Positions 18,728 through 28,410 are shown, numbered from the stretch's first letter. The stretch: DNA of 64,000 bases from an uncultured Clostridium sp. (GCA_947575605.1 CANPNZ010000001.1:69419-133418); one strand, 5' to 3'. Program-made: numbers and translations. Notes: generated by a model from the letters alone, not told the origin.

Positions 18728-18756
18728 ATTATAAAGGTAGTTTTTCCATTTGTCAA
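18728..18756 (-). promoter_or_regulatory. sigma-A-type promoter for tRNA-Met
   Basis: On the minus strand, TTGACA, a 17-nt spacer and TATAAT lie about 20 nt upstream of the tRNA 5' end. Confidence 0.6.
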
Positions 18757-18796
18757 GATAAAAATACAAGAAAATCAAATTTCTTGTATTTTTTAG

Positions 18797-19177
18797 TTAA
18801 TCTGAAATTTCTTTATCACTTGTTATTTCCTCGTTTTCTTTATTATAATGAAAATCTGCTTTTTGAATAGTAGGTCCTTTTGCTACTTGTACGTTTTCTT
18901 TTAAACCTTTAAGGTTATTTTTTACCTTAGATTCTTGATTTCTATTATTTAATTTTTCGGCTTTTGCAGTGATACCTTCAACAGTAGCTTTTAATTCTGG
19001 TAATAATTCTGCGTCTTCTAAATTTTTTAAATCTTCTAGATCTTCTAAGTTTTCTAAACTTGCTGGTTCTTCATCTGAGTTAACAAACATAGATAAAAAT
19101 GCTTTTACTGCTTGAAATATATTTGCTTTTGTAGCAGTTTCAACTGTACTCATTGTTCCTCTTTCTCTCATATTCAT
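18797..19177 (-). CDS. hypothetical acidic protein
   Basis: 126-aa ORF with an LENLEDLEDLKNLEDAELL acidic repeat. Start is ambiguous, with three in-frame ATGs near the 5' end. A terminator hairpin lies at 18760-18795. Confidence 0.45.
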   Translation of the reverse strand: MNMRERGTMSTVETATKANIFQAVKAFLSMFVNSDEEPASLENLEDLEDLKNLEDAELLPELKATVEGITAKAEKLNNRNQESKVKNNLKGLKENVQVAKGPTIQKADFHYNKENEEITSDKEISD

Positions 19178-19278
19178 TCACCTTCAATATAAACTTGAAG
19201 TTTATACCTCCTTTTTTATACTACATTCTTATTATAACACAAAAGAGCCGTAAAAACAAGCTCTTTTGGCAATTTTTT

Positions 19279-20355
19279 CTATTTTACGTATACATTAAGA
19301 GGTTTTACTTTATAATTTAGTTCTCCTATTTCCTCTGTTGGCACATAGCCAGGTTTACTATTGATAACATCTGGTAAACGATTAACAATAGAAGCGCAAG
19401 TCAATTCCACAGTAGCAGGCCTATTAATGACTAATGTTGTTTCTGGTTCTCCTATAATGGTCCATTCGTTTTTATCAAAGTCTTCTTTGGCATATACTTT
19501 TCCAATACATTCACTTTCAATGGTGATGCCTTCTTCCGTTTGGGTTGTTACCACAGCACTCATTCCTGTTGCCATTCCTGCTTTTACGGTCATGTCTAAA
19601 GTAGATGATTCAATATCTTCTGTATGTGTTTGAGGAACTGTTTTTTGTGTTTGACTTTTTACGGTTAGCCCCAATTTTGCACATAACCAACCATTAACAT
19701 TCCACATATAAGAAGGTAAATATTCTCCTTTATCAATCATAGCTTGTCTTTCTTCATCTGAAATGCGATCCACAGATGCCACTTGCTTGTCAAATTCTTC
19801 TAAAGACAATCCAGCCCCATGTGCTTTAGCCAAAGCAATTCCGTAGTCTTCTACATTATAGCTAGAACTTCCTTTTATTTTTTGAATGGTTTGGGTTGAA
19901 CCAGCGATACTAGAAATTAATTGTCCCCAATAAATATCTTGGTAACCACTTCCTGTTATAGTACAACCAGTTTGTTTTGCCATATCATCAATTTTTTTTG
20001 TTATAGTTGGGTTGGAATTCATAGGATAAAAGGCTTCTTCACAAGTGGTAATGGCATTGATTCCTAATTTGGCACATAGCATTAAAGCATCTTCTACATT
20101 GCTAATTAGACTCATAGTAGTAACAATTGCTATATCTGGTTTTGTTTCCTTCATCATATTTTCGGCTTCTTCTATGGAAACTACTTTTACTCCTTTATTT
20201 TCGGTTCCCATGATTTCTCCAATATCTTTTCCAATGACATCTGGATTAACGTCAATAGCACCTACTATTTCCGCCCCTTTCTCATATACATAACGCATGG
20301 TATATACACTCATTTTTCCAGCTCCATATTGAACTACTTTTATTTTTCTGTCCAT
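19279..20355 (-). CDS. DapB-like NAD(P)-binding oxidoreductase, amine dehydrogenase (2,4-diaminopentanoate dehydrogenase-like) family
   Basis: N-terminal Rossmann KIKVVQYGAGKMS..., 358 aa. Family resemblance is from memory. No ornithine-fermentation partner genes are adjacent. Confidence 0.45.
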   Translation of the reverse strand: MDRKIKVVQYGAGKMSVYTMRYVYEKGAEIVGAIDVNPDVIGKDIGEIMGTENKGVKVVSIEEAENMMKETKPDIAIVTTMSLISNVEDALMLCAKLGINAITTCEEAFYPMNSNPTITKKIDDMAKQTGCTITGSGYQDIYWGQLISSIAGSTQTIQKIKGSSSYNVEDYGIALAKAHGAGLSLEEFDKQVASVDRISDEERQAMIDKGEYLPSYMWNVNGWLCAKLGLTVKSQTQKTVPQTHTEDIESSTLDMTVKAGMATGMSAVVTTQTEEGITIESECIGKVYAKEDFDKNEWTIIGEPETTLVINRPATVELTCASIVNRLPDVINSKPGYVPTEEIGELNYKVKPLNVYVK

Positions 20356-20420
20356 AAAATTACTCCTTTCTTTTATTTTAATTATACACTAATTTTGAAA
20401 TTTTATACGATGTTCGTTTG

Positions 20421-20451
20421 ATGTCCATTGGGGACGGTTCTTTTTGGACAT
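20421..20451. repeat. solo GGGACGG-core palindromic unit
   Basis: ATGTCCATTGGGGACGGTTCTTTTTGGACAT. The same unit occurs at 37219, 37349, 55276/55308 and their inverted partners. Confidence 0.8.
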
Positions 20452-20454
20452 CCT

Positions 20455-20715
20455 TTTTATCATGAACTTAATACCCGACAGTTTTTAATTTTATAGTGTA
20501 AGAAAATATAAAAATTATCAAAACACTCGGTCAAGCTAATTTTCACATAACTTCTAAATTAATTTTATGGCAGCTCTCACACATAAAGTGCGAACATTTT
20601 CCATAAAATTAATTAAGAAGTTCTAGTATAAATTACTTTCCATTCGCTTTTTTTCTAATTTTTATATTTTGTTACACATTTCAAAAAACTGTCGGGTATT
20701 AAGTGTCATGAAAAA
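20455..20715. repeat. MITE-like palindromic element (different terminal repeats)
   Basis: TTTTTATCATGAACTTAATACCCGACAGTTTTT at the left is inverted against AAAAAACTGTCGGGTATTAAGTGTCATGAAAAAA at the right. Inner arms (ATAACTTCTAAATTAATTTTATGG / CCATAAAATTAATTAAGAAGTTCT) are also inverted. Confidence 0.75.
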
Positions 20716-20743
20716 AGACTGAACGAAGTCAGTCTAAGATAGT

Positions 20744-20902
20744 TTAATAAAGTTTTAAAGAATCTTCAATAATATCTGAAATTGGCAATACATCATCATT
20801 TTCAGATTTAATATAGAAAATGGGAGCATTTGTTGTAGGTTCTTTATAGATATGTACAGAAACAACGCCAATTTTTTCACCTATTATTTTATCATTCTTC
20901 AT
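20744..20902 (-). CDS. small hypothetical protein (52 aa)
   Basis: RBS AAGAGGTG lies 5 nt before ATG 20902. A terminator hairpin at 20716-20740 sits on the same strand. Confidence 0.4.
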   Translation of the reverse strand: MKNDKIIGEKIGVVSVHIYKEPTTNAPIFYIKSENDDVLPISDIIEDSLKLY

Positions 20903-21127
20903 AAGGACACCTCTTTTCTTTTGTAGATTATAAAATAACATGCAAAATTATAATAAAAAGAAAATGAAAAAGGTGTCGAAAGTTGTAAGGTAAAAAATAT
21001 TTTTATCTATTACTTATTTGTTTTTTATGATATAATCATAAAAAGTCAAATTATGGAGGAAGAAGGTTGAAAAATAATTACAATTTTTCCAACCGAATTT
21101 GTGCCTTAGGGAAGGAATGTGATAAAT

Positions 21128-23893
21128 ATGACGGAAAAGGAACAAAAACAAAAGGCAAAAGAATTTTCAGAATTTTGGAAAGAGAAAGGATATGAAAAAG
21201 GACAATCTCAAATATTTTGGGTTCAATTATTAAGTCAAGTATTTGGGATTGAGAAACCAGAAGAATGGATAGAATTTGAAGATCAAGTCCACATTGATAA
21301 ACATACAGGATTTATTGACGGCTATATTTCTACAACAAAAGTTTTAATTGAACAAAAAAGCATAGATAAGGATTTACGAAAGGGTATTAGACAATCAGAT
21401 GGAAGTTTGTTGACGCCATTTCAACAAGCAAAGAAATATATTGCAGAACTTCCTCTTTCAAGACATCCCAAATATGTTGTAACATGTAATTTTAAATCTT
21501 TTCTAATCTATGATATGGAAAATCCAAATGGAGAACCAGAAGAAATTTTATTAAAAGATTTAGAAAAAGAATATTATAGATTACAATTTTTAGTTGACGA
21601 AGGAAAAGAACATTTAAAAAGAGAGATGGAAATTTCCATCCAAGCTGGTGAATTAGTTGGTAAGCTATATGATGAAATTTTGAAATTGTATATTAATCCA
21701 GAAAAGGAAGAGACGCTAAAGAGCCTAAATATGCTTTGTGTAAGATTGGTATTTTGCTTGTATGCAGAAGATGCGGGCATATTTGGGAAAAGGTCTATGT
21801 TTCATGACTATTTGACCCGATTTAAAGCAAGGGATCTAAGGCGTGCATTAATCGATTTATTTAAGGTATTGGATACCAAAGTAGAAAATAGAGATCCTTA
21901 TATGATAGAAGAATTGTCGCAATTTCCTTATGTTAATGGTGGCTTATTTGCAAATGAAGAGATAGAAATTCCTATTTTGAATGAAACCGTTAAAGAACTT
22001 TTATTGTCAAAGGCAAGTGAGAATTTTGATTGGAGTGACATAAGCCCAACTATTTTTGGAGCAGTTTTTGAATCTACATTAAATCCTGAAACAAGACGTT
22101 CTGGTGGCATGCATTATACTTCTATTAAGAATATTCATAAAGTGATTGACCCTTTGTTTTTTAAGGAGTTAAAAGAAGAATTAGAAGAAATAAAAAGAAT
22201 GCCTGTTATCCGAACGAAAAAGAAGAAACTTATGGAGTTTCAAGATAAAATAGCTTCTTTGAAATTTCTTGACCCTGCTTGTGGTAGTGGTAATTTTTTA
22301 ACACAGACGTATCTTTCTTTACGAAAGTTGGAAAATGAAGTTATTTTTGAATTGACGGGAGGGCAAATAGGCTTTGGAGATGAAGAAATTTCCCCTATTA
22401 AGGTTTCCATTAGTCAATTTTATGGAATTGAAATTAACGATTTTGCAGTAACGGTTGCTAAAACGGCTCTGTGGATTGCAGAAAGCCAAATGATGAAAGA
22501 AACAGAAAATATTTTGCATATTACATTGGATTTTTTACCTTTAAAGTCGTATACCAATATAACAGAAGGTAATGCCCTAAGGATTGATTGGAATGAGGTG
22601 GTTCCAAAAGAAGAACTGAATTATATCATGGGAAATCCACCTTTTATTGGGAAGAAATATCAAACAGAAAAGCAAAAAGATGATATTAAATTTATTGCTA
22701 AAGGATTAAAAAATTATAAAAGTTTAGATTATGTGGCAATGTGGTTTTTAAAAGCAAAACAATACATGAAAAATACTTTTATAGAAAGTGCATTTGTTTC
22801 TACTAATTCAATTTGTCAAGGAGAGCAGCCAGCAATACTGTGGAAACAATTATTCGAAGAAGGAATATATATCAATTTTGCGCATAGAACTTTTAGATGG
22901 GATAGTGAAGCTAACTTAAAGGCACATGTACATTGTATCATTACAGGTTTTAGTTATAAAAATAGAGAGAATAAATATATATATGATCGTGATAAATTTA
23001 TAAAATGTAAAAACATAAATGGTTATTTAGTTGATGCAAGAAATGTCTTTATAGAAAGAAGAGTAGAACCACTATGTAATGTAAATAAGATGATGGCAGG
23101 CAATAAACCTGTCGATTATAACAATTTAAAAATTGAAAAAAGCGAATATGATGATTTTATAAAAGGAGATCCCAAGTCTGTAAATTATATAAAAAAGATG
23201 GTTGGAGCCGATGAATTTATAAATAACAAAGAGAGATACTGTTTATGGTTAGTAAATTGTCAACCAGATGAATTGAGAAAAATGCCAAATGTATTAAAAA
23301 GAATAGAAAAATGTCGAGAAGATAGATTGAAAAGTATTGATGAGGGAGCAAGAAAATTAGCTGAAAGACCAACAGAGTTTAGAGATATAAATAATCCAGA
23401 TAATTATTTAATTATACCTTGTGTATCAAGTGAAAAAAGAAAATATATCCCAATAGGATTTTTAAATAAAGAAACTATACCGGTTATGGGTGTTTTAGTG
23501 ATTCCAAATGAAAATATGTGTGATTTTGGTATATTAACATCGAATGTACATATGGCATGGACACGAACTGTTTGTGGAAGACTAAAAAGTGATTATAGAT
23601 ATTCTAAAGATATTGTTTATAATAATTTTCCATTTCCTACTTTAACAACAGAACAAAAGAAGAAAATAGAAAAAACAGCACAGAAAATCTTAGAAGCTAG
23701 AAATTTATATCCTAATAGTAGTTTAGCTGATTTGTATGATGAATTAACGATGCCACCTGAATTAAGAAAAGCTCATCAAGAGAACGACAAAGCAGTAATG
23801 GAAGCCTATGGCTTTGATTGGCATAAAATGACAGAATCAGATTGCGTAGCTGAATTGATGAAAATGTATGAAAATAAAATAAAAGAGTTTTAA
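21128..23893 (+). CDS. MmeI-family type IIL/IIG fused restriction-modification enzyme (nuclease + gamma-class N6-adenine MTase + TRD)
   Basis: About 920 aa. N-terminal PD-(D/E)xK-like D...EQK (FIDGYISTTKVLIEQKS), motif I LDPACGSGNFL and motif IV MGNPPFIGK. Size and architecture match MmeI. The track start GTG 21119 has no spacing from the RBS. Confidence 0.75.
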   Translation: MTEKEQKQKAKEFSEFWKEKGYEKGQSQIFWVQLLSQVFGIEKPEEWIEFEDQVHIDKHTGFIDGYISTTKVLIEQKSIDKDLRKGIRQSDGSLLTPFQQAKKYIAELPLSRHPKYVVTCNFKSFLIYDMENPNGEPEEILLKDLEKEYYRLQFLVDEGKEHLKREMEISIQAGELVGKLYDEILKLYINPEKEETLKSLNMLCVRLVFCLYAEDAGIFGKRSMFHDYLTRFKARDLRRALIDLFKVLDTKVENRDPYMIEELSQFPYVNGGLFANEEIEIPILNETVKELLLSKASENFDWSDISPTIFGAVFESTLNPETRRSGGMHYTSIKNIHKVIDPLFFKELKEELEEIKRMPVIRTKKKKLMEFQDKIASLKFLDPACGSGNFLTQTYLSLRKLENEVIFELTGGQIGFGDEEISPIKVSISQFYGIEINDFAVTVAKTALWIAESQMMKETENILHITLDFLPLKSYTNITEGNALRIDWNEVVPKEELNYIMGNPPFIGKKYQTEKQKDDIKFIAKGLKNYKSLDYVAMWFLKAKQYMKNTFIESAFVSTNSICQGEQPAILWKQLFEEGIYINFAHRTFRWDSEANLKAHVHCIITGFSYKNRENKYIYDRDKFIKCKNINGYLVDARNVFIERRVEPLCNVNKMMAGNKPVDYNNLKIEKSEYDDFIKGDPKSVNYIKKMVGADEFINNKERYCLWLVNCQPDELRKMPNVLKRIEKCREDRLKSIDEGARKLAERPTEFRDINNPDNYLIIPCVSSEKRKYIPIGFLNKETIPVMGVLVIPNENMCDFGILTSNVHMAWTRTVCGRLKSDYRYSKDIVYNNFPFPTLTTEQKKKIEKTAQKILEARNLYPNSSLADLYDELTMPPELRKAHQENDKAVMEAYGFDWHKMTESDCVAELMKMYENKIKEF

Positions 23894-24011
23894 AGTGGGT
23901 TTTTAGTATATCTTTTCTATTATAGAGATAAGTAGTACAAGATAGCTTGCTATCTTGCTACTTACATTATACATAGATTTTTTGAAAAAGTTGAAGAAAC
24001 TCTAGCTTTCT

Positions 24012-24371
24012 ATTTTAATATAAGTATAGTAGAATGTAAATTGTTCTTGATAAAATTCCGTTAATCTTTTTGTAGGTTTTAATTTAAATATAGTAGAATG
24101 TAAATATTGTGCTAAATGGTTGTTCTTTTAACTTATCTAGTTTTAATTTAAATATAGTAGAATGTAAATGAACAAACTTGGATATCTTGGCTTGATAGTT
24201 TATTTCAGTTTTAATTTAAATATAGTAGAATGTAAATTTTAAATATTTATTAATTAATGATTGAGATATTTTTTGTTTTAATTTAAATATAGTAGAATGT
24301 AAATAATTGTGTGTTTATTCTATCTATTATTAACATTTTAGGTTTTAATTTAAATATAGTAGAATACATTA
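24012..24371 (+). CRISPR. CRISPR array 1 (type I-B-like repeat), 6 repeats and 5 spacers
   Basis: 30-nt repeat GTTTTAATTTAAATATAGTAGAATGTAAAT at 24076, 24140, 24208 and 24275, plus degenerate copies at 24012 and 24342. Spacers are 34-38 nt. The repeat resembles clostridial I-B repeats (GTTTTA...ATGTAAAT). Confidence 0.85.
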
Positions 24372-24392
24372 ATTCATAATTAAGCAAAATAA

Positions 24393-24430
24393 AAAGAAAT
24401 GAGATTAAGCTGAAAGCAACTCATTCTTTT
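24393..24430. terminator. bidirectional terminator between the two arrays
   Basis: AAAGAAATGAG...CTCATTCTTT hairpin flanked by an A-run and a T-run. Confidence 0.6.
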
Positions 24431-24455
24431 TAATTTTCTATTTTCAATTCATTTT

Positions 24456-24750
24456 TATTAAATACTACTATATTTAAATTAAAACTTTGTAGTTATCGTT
24501 TGTACATTTGTAATATATATTTGATTTACATTCTACTATATTTAAATTAAAACTATATCATCAATTAAACTTGTAAGCATACCTAAAGCATTTACATTCT
24601 ACTATATTTAAATTAAAACCTTGATGATTCATATTTACAATTTTAGATCCTTCCTTTACATTCTACTATATTTAAATTAAAACTATGAACGATTATAAAA
24701 GATAAGACAAATGAAGAAAAATTTATATTCTAGTGTAATTATATTAAATT
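24456..24750 (-). CRISPR. CRISPR array 2, same repeat in opposite orientation; 3 good and 2 degenerate repeats
   Basis: ATTTACATTCTACTATATTTAAATTAAAAC at 24524, 24590 and 24654, with degenerate copies at 24456 and about 24721. Spacers are 34-38 nt. Confidence 0.75.
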
Positions 24751-24969
24751 GTGGTATTTATATAATTATCATATATAGATAATAACTATTTGTCAAATAA
24801 AAAAATAAAAATTTTTAATAAAATAGAATAACTATGTGAATGGAAAAAAGTTCTTTTACAAAAAATTTTAAAATTTTCTTTCGACAATAAAAGTGGTACT
24901 TTTTAGTTTTTATATGATAAATTATATTAGTAACTGGTGTAGTTTTATTGGAAAGGAGGTAGATTAACA

Positions 24970-25134
24970 GTGATTGTAGTAGTAATAGTAATATATATAA
25001 TCGCTTGTCTAGGTCTTTTCATCTATTCCATTCTTGAAATAAAGGAGGGCCGGATATTTAATGGAATAGGGAATATGGTTGAAGTTATCTTAAGCATATT
25101 CATAATGGGCATTTTAATAAGTTGTATAATATAA
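24970..25134 (+). CDS. small (54 aa) two-TM membrane protein, hypothetical
   Basis: Below the track cutoff. RBS GGAAAGGAGG then GTG 24970. Sequence VIVVVIVIYIIACLGLFIYSILEIKEGRIFNGIGNMVEVILSIFIMGILISCII. Followed by a strong terminator. Contains an in-frame CGG. Confidence 0.35.
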   Translation: MIVVVIVIYIIACLGLFIYSILEIKEGRIFNGIGNMVEVILSIFIMGILISCII

Positions 25135-25158
25135 GATGTCTAAACTAAAAGGAAGTGA

Positions 25159-25210
25159 GGCACGAATTAGCTGAAAATATAATCATTTCAGCTGGTTCGT
25201 GCCATATTTT
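25159..25210 (+). terminator. rho-independent terminator
   Basis: 18-bp stem GGCACGAATTAGCTGAAA / TTTCAGCTGGTTCGTGCC followed by ATATTTT. Confidence 0.7.
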
Positions 25211-25429
25211 GCTATTCATTTAATAATTATCATATGTTCACATTATAAAATCTTATAAAAACACACAAAAGTGTATAAGAGGTAAAGGGAAAGGAGAGGT
25301 TTGTAAAAATATCCATACTTTTATAAAATATGAAAACTTTTTCGTAAAAGAAAAACGGCATTTCATAAAAAATATAATAAAGAATAAATTTATGATGGTA
25401 CAATTCGGGTGTCGAAGCGAGGTGAGGAA

Positions 25430-26056
25430 ATGTTAGATAAAATCTGTATGTTTCTAACCAATCGAATTAGAAAAGAAATGCCAGACATTGACGATGAAAA
25501 GGCAGAAGTAATTCAGTATGGATTACAAAATATTATAGGGGAAATTCCAAAAACTTTTTTAGTATTAATCATAGCTTATTCTTTAGGAATTTGGAAGGAA
25601 ACCTTAATAACATTTTTACTATTAATGCCATATAAAAGTGCTTCTGGAGGACTTCACTTAAAAACTCATATAGGATGTATTCTAGCAACAACAACTTTTT
25701 ATTGTGCCGTACCAGTATTAGCAAAAGTAGTCATATTAAGTGGAATGTTAAAATATATAATAATAGCTTGTGTATGGGTATTTGGAATGTGTATGATTAA
25801 ATTATATGCACCAGCAGACACAGAAAATGTACCAATTTTAAGGAAAAAAGATAGAAGAAAACAACAAGTAATTTCGTATATTACTTTTTCCGTTGGATTA
25901 CTAATAGCAGGAGTAATTAGTTATAATAGTATTTCTAATATCATAATATTTGGTTATTTTTTACAAACTTTAATGATAACGAAGTTAGCATATCGACTAA
26001 CCAATAATAAATATGGATATGAAGTATATGGAAATACTTCAGCTCAAAATGTTTAA
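25430..26056 (+). CDS. agrB: AgrB-like accessory gene regulator protein B (AIP-processing membrane peptidase)
   Basis: Multi-pass membrane protein with the AgrB-type block PYKSASGGLHLKTHIGC. Followed by a short AgrD-like ORF. Confidence 0.85.
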   Translation: MLDKICMFLTNRIRKEMPDIDDEKAEVIQYGLQNIIGEIPKTFLVLIIAYSLGIWKETLITFLLLMPYKSASGGLHLKTHIGCILATTTFYCAVPVLAKVVILSGMLKYIIIACVWVFGMCMIKLYAPADTENVPILRKKDRRKQQVISYITFSVGLLIAGVISYNSISNIIIFGYFLQTLMITKLAYRLTNNKYGYEVYGNTSAQNV

Positions 26057-26118
26057 TATAAAAACATATCTTAGTAATGTTTTTGTATTATAAAAAATAA
26101 AAAAAGGAGGATTTTATT

Positions 26119-26238
26119 ATGTTAAAATTCTTAGCTAAAGTAGCAGAAAAATATGCAACATCAACTAATACTGCTTGTAAAATATTATGGGCATTTCATC
26201 AACCAAAAATGCCAGCAAGCTTAATTAAAAAAGACTAA
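26119..26238 (+). CDS. agrD: AgrD-like autoinducing peptide precursor (39 aa)
   Basis: Below the track cutoff. RBS AAGGAGG. Sequence MLKFLAKVAEKYATSTNTACKILWAFHQPKMPASLIKKD, with a single Cys followed by an HQPKxP tail as in clostridial AgrD. Confidence 0.7.
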   Translation: MLKFLAKVAEKYATSTNTACKILWAFHQPKMPASLIKKD

Positions 26239-26324
26239 TTTATGAAAATTACATTGGTAAAAATAGGACGAAACATTATTTTTACCAATACTATAACTTT
26301 AAAAGTTATACTTATACAATCCAG

Positions 26325-26356
26325 CAAAAAACAGCTTTTCGGAAAGCTGCTTTTTT
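26325..26356. terminator. bidirectional terminator between agrD and agrC
   Basis: A-run, CAGCTTT-TCGG-AAAGCTG hairpin, then T-run. Confidence 0.7.
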
Positions 26357-26368
26357 GTATCTATCTAA

Positions 26369-27713
26369 TTAATAAAGTTCTAATTGCTGAGAGAAGAATC
26401 TTTCGGTCTTTGAGGTAAATAAATTAGCATTTTTGCTTTTCTTAAGCATTTTACGAATTTCCCATAATCCCAATCCAGTATGATTTTCTTTTTCAGAAAT
26501 ACCTTTTTCGAAAATCTTTTCTGTATCAACTCCTTTATTTTGATAGGTATTTTCGATAATAAATAATTGCCTATTATTTCTGGAATCTTCCCTAAAAGTA
26601 ATATTGATGATCTTTTCTTCACATTGTTCGCTAGCTTCAATGGCATTATCTAATAGAATACCTAATATTCTTGCAAAATTATAAATCTTCATTTTTAATG
26701 TGTTTAAATCTAATAAGAAAGTCATATTAACTTTAATATCTTTGGATTCTGCTTCGTGATATTTGCTAGTCAGTAAATTGTAAATACCAGGATTATTAAC
26801 AATTTCAGGATTTAATAAATACAAATTATTGACTCTTTGGCAATCATCCTCAAGTTGTATATAATAATTTTCTAAACCTTTTATATCATGCGTTCTGATA
26901 TAACCTCCAATAGTGGTAACAATATTATCAAAATCATGTTTAAAACCGCGAACATTATCATGTAAAATATGTAAAGTTTTATTATATTCTTCCGCACTTT
27001 CTAATTTTTTAGTTGTTAATGTTAATTTAGTAGCTTTCGTTATACTATAAATGCTGATTCCAAAGTAGGCAGCTAAAGAAATACAACTTAACAAGGTAAT
27101 AATGAAAGGCAATCTATCGATATAATAAAAAGTAATACAAACTTGAACAAACAAGGTGAAAATACCAAAAATAAAATTGGTAAAAATGATTCGTTTACTT
27201 TTTTTATCCATATCTTCAAATAAATTAAGTTTTATTTTTCTTCTTTTTAGTATAGAAATTAAAATAAGGTTAATGGTATAATTACTTAATAAAAATCCAA
27301 TGTTGTAAATTGGAATACTATTCAGTTCTTCGGAACTAATGCTAAGAATTGTGATATATGCATTTGTTACTAAAGAAGAAATGATTCCGAAAAATAGCAG
27401 TAGATACGACAAGAGTAATTAAAGCCTTAAAAATATTACTTTTAAATATCATAATAATAAGAATCAAAATAGTTATATAATTTATAAATACGTTGAAAGG
27501 ATTAGGTATAAAAAAACCATTCATAATACTTATTAAGGAATTAATAACAATATATATAATTTTACTTTTTCTACTAGCAGGAATATTTATTATAAGTAAA
27601 AAGAAAGATATAGAAATATAAGCTTCTATAAAAGTAAAAGGCGTAGTGATTAGTTGTGTGTTTAACACATTTGATGTTGTTAGCAGTGTCCAAATATTAT
27701 TTAAAATTTCCAT
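26369..27713 (-). CDS. agrC: AgrC-like sensor histidine kinase, with a +1 frame change at in-frame CGG (27389-27387)
   Basis: Track fragments 27342..27713 (TM sensor part) and 26369..27412 (HisKA-less GHKL kinase with NHTGLGLW). Skipping the C gives ...VVSTAIF-G-IISSLVTNAYITIL... and a 447-aa product. Confidence 0.75.
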
Positions 27714-28410
27714 AGTCTTTCATAACCTCCATAAAATCTTTTTTGTATTTAGGTCCAATATCGCAAGTTTCACCATCTGAAAAAGTAATCGTACCAGACA
27801 CAGGTTCAACATCTTTAATTTGATTCAAATTAGCAATATAAGACTTATGACATCTTACATAAGAAGATGGTAATTTTTCTTGAAACTTATTAAAAGAACT
27901 ATAAGTATCATAATCACGAGAAGAAGTATGAAAAACCAACTTCATACCATCTCTTTTAATATAATGAACTTCAGCTTCATCAATAAGCGTATTTTTGTTA
28001 TCAATTTTTATATAATTTTTACTTACTTCATTGGCATCTTCAAATAATCGATTAAGAGTATCTTCCAATCGATCATAAACAATAGGTTTAGCAAGATAAT
28101 CGAAAGTTTTGTATTTGTAAGCAACCATAGCATATTCTAAGTGACCAGTTGTAAAAATGAGATAAGGATTTTTCTTCCTTTTTCTAATTTCCTCAGCCAA
28201 TTCAAGACCACTTTTACTAGACTTTAAATTAATATCTAGCATTAGAACATCAACAACATGGTTATCAATGTAGTTTAAAATATCATCTGCATTATCAGAA
28301 CGAAAGACAACAGAAGCATCACGATTATTTTTTGTGAATAGGGTTTCTAACATTTTCTCTAATCGATCTAATAAATTAAGGTTATCATCACAAATTACAA
28401 AGTTTAACAT
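27697..28410 (-). CDS. agrA: AgrA-like LytTR-family response regulator
   Basis: REC domain (FVICDD..., DVLMLDINL) plus a LytTR domain (YVRCHKSYIANLNQI). Overlaps the agrC start by 17 nt. Confidence 0.85.
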   Translation of the reverse strand: MLNFVICDDNLNLLDRLEKMLETLFTKNNRDASVVFRSDNADDILNYIDNHVVDVLMLDINLKSSKSGLELAEEIRKRKKNPYLIFTTGHLEYAMVAYKYKTFDYLAKPIVYDRLEDTLNRLFEDANEVSKNYIKIDNKNTLIDEAEVHYIKRDGMKLVFHTSSRDYDTYSSFNKFQEKLPSSYVRCHKSYIANLNQIKDVEPVSGTITFSDGETCDIGPKYKKDFMEVMKDYGNFK

